DNA from: a virus
Taxonomy: Duplodnaviria; Caudoviricetes
Length of the DNA stretch: 64,000 nucleotides
Reading direction: 5' to 3' (one strand)
Virus record (IMG/VR): IMGVR_UViG_2728369562_000003
Coordinates: 21,712-85,711 of that record
Shown: in pieces, positions 63,048-64,000 of the stretch
Layout: each line of letters opens with the position of its first letter
How positions within the stretch are numbered: position 1 is the stretch's first letter
Program-made: the position numbers and the translations under genes
Notes under the pieces: model-generated
Seen by the model: only the letters and a program-made list of their open reading frames with translations
Database searches by the model: none
What the model was told of the DNA's origin: nothing

Positions 63048-63203
63048 TTGGACAGAATGAAAGAGCTTATTAGAAAAAATCTGAGTCTGAAGAAGATGTT
63101 AGAAGCCAACGAAAGAGAGATACTTGAGGAGAAACGCAAAATAAGAGTTCAAAAATTTTCTCGAAAGTTGATCGAAAGACAGCAAGAAAAAGCATTAGTC
63201 TAA
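63048..63203 (+). CDS. 51-aa coiled-coil hypothetical protein
   Basis: AAGGGGG RBS with TTG start. Confidence 0.55.
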   Translation: MDRMKELIRKNLSLKKMLEANEREILEEKRKIRVQKFSRKLIERQQEKALV

Positions 63204-63255
63204 ATGAAGCTGATAAGAGTAAGTTATGAAATTGTTGAAAGAAAGGGATTAATAA

Positions 63256-63434
63256 TGATTAAAACAAGGCTATTTGAAGATGAGTATTGTAATGGAGAAT
63301 GTGTTGAAATTGATAGGTTAATAAATGGTTTCATAAGATCAGAGTCAATTGAAGTTGTTGATATAAAATACAATTCCTTTAATACTGGTCGTACTCATAA
63401 TACAGCGCTGCTTATCTATAGAAAAGAAATTTAA
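63256..63434 (+). CDS. Cse60/DUF2758-like protein
   Basis: INGFI...EVVDIKY...ALLIY pattern; start uncertain. Confidence 0.6.
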
Positions 63435-63460
63435 GATCATCAGATAGTGATGATGAAACC

Positions 63461-64000
63461 GTGATTAGGGGGAAACGAATGAACAAGGATATTCAATTTT
63501 TAAAAGAGCTTCAAAATGAATTGAAAACACAGGATCATGACTCTCAAGCTGAACCTCGATTTTGGACAGTCGGTGATTATGAATGGGTTGAAGCTCGGGA
63601 GGAAAACGCAGAGCGTTATTCTGTATACCTGCCATATATTGCAGAAGCCTATGTTTTTGCTGCTTATCTAGAAGAAATAAAAGAGGATAGTGAGCTGTCT
63701 AAGGAAGCCCTAACAGAGTTGCAAGAAATTGAGGACGACTATGACGATGCTATTGAGTGGATTCAAAAATACATTGATGAAGAAGCAGAACTAATTCCAG
63801 AAAGAAAGGTTCACATTATACAACCAAATACAATGTTTTTGACCAAAGCAGAAGCAAAGAGACACATCAGATTGAATAAGCACCATTACACTTCAGAAGC
63901 TCATACTTACGCAATGACAGCTTGGAGAGCACCGAAAGTTGAGCGGCTGTTTAAGATACTTGAAACGTTTGACTGGAAATCAATAGAGACTTCTAAATAA
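63461..64000 (+). CDS. Hypothetical phage protein
   Basis: 179 aa ORF; TQDHDSQAEPRFW and HYT..HTY..TAWR motifs. Confidence 0.75.
   Translation: MIRGKRMNKDIQFLKELQNELKTQDHDSQAEPRFWTVGDYEWVEAREENAERYSVYLPYIAEAYVFAAYLEEIKEDSELSKEALTELQEIEDDYDDAIEWIQKYIDEEAELIPERKVHIIQPNTMFLTKAEAKRHIRLNKHHYTSEAHTYAMTAWRAPKVERLFKILETFDWKSIETSK

Overview
This window is the central part of an SPbeta/phi3T-like temperate phage (probably a prophage) of the Bacillus subtilis group. From 1 to 35 kb, mostly on the minus strand, is the late morphogenesis operon: tape measure CwlP/YomI, tail, head, portal, terminase, HU-like YonN and the single-subunit RNA polymerase YonO. It is interrupted by an accessory island (8-11.5 kb) and a highly structured non-coding region around youB (29.7-31.9 kb). 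From 37 to 64 kb, mostly on the plus strand, are the yonT/yoyJ type I toxin locus, yonV/yonX, a hypervariable array of small genes, a phi3T-type arbitrium system (AimR, AimP with SAIRGA, AimX), the sroA-F repression module, and early genes including two LCI-like secreted peptides. Three unexplained signals stand out. (1) At least 15 copies of the palindrome ATAAAA-N6-TTTTAW sit at gene boundaries, often overlapping stop codons, like recombination sites of an integron-like cassette array; a catalytically intact tyrosine recombinase (SroD/YopP) is present. (2) Large structured RNA candidates flank youB, one enclosing tandem UUACG repeats. (3) A roughly 2.2 kb rolling-circle-plasmid-derived fragment splits yopB. 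Gene names come from recalled similarity and synteny with SPbeta/phi3T, not from database searches, and motif scans were done by eye.
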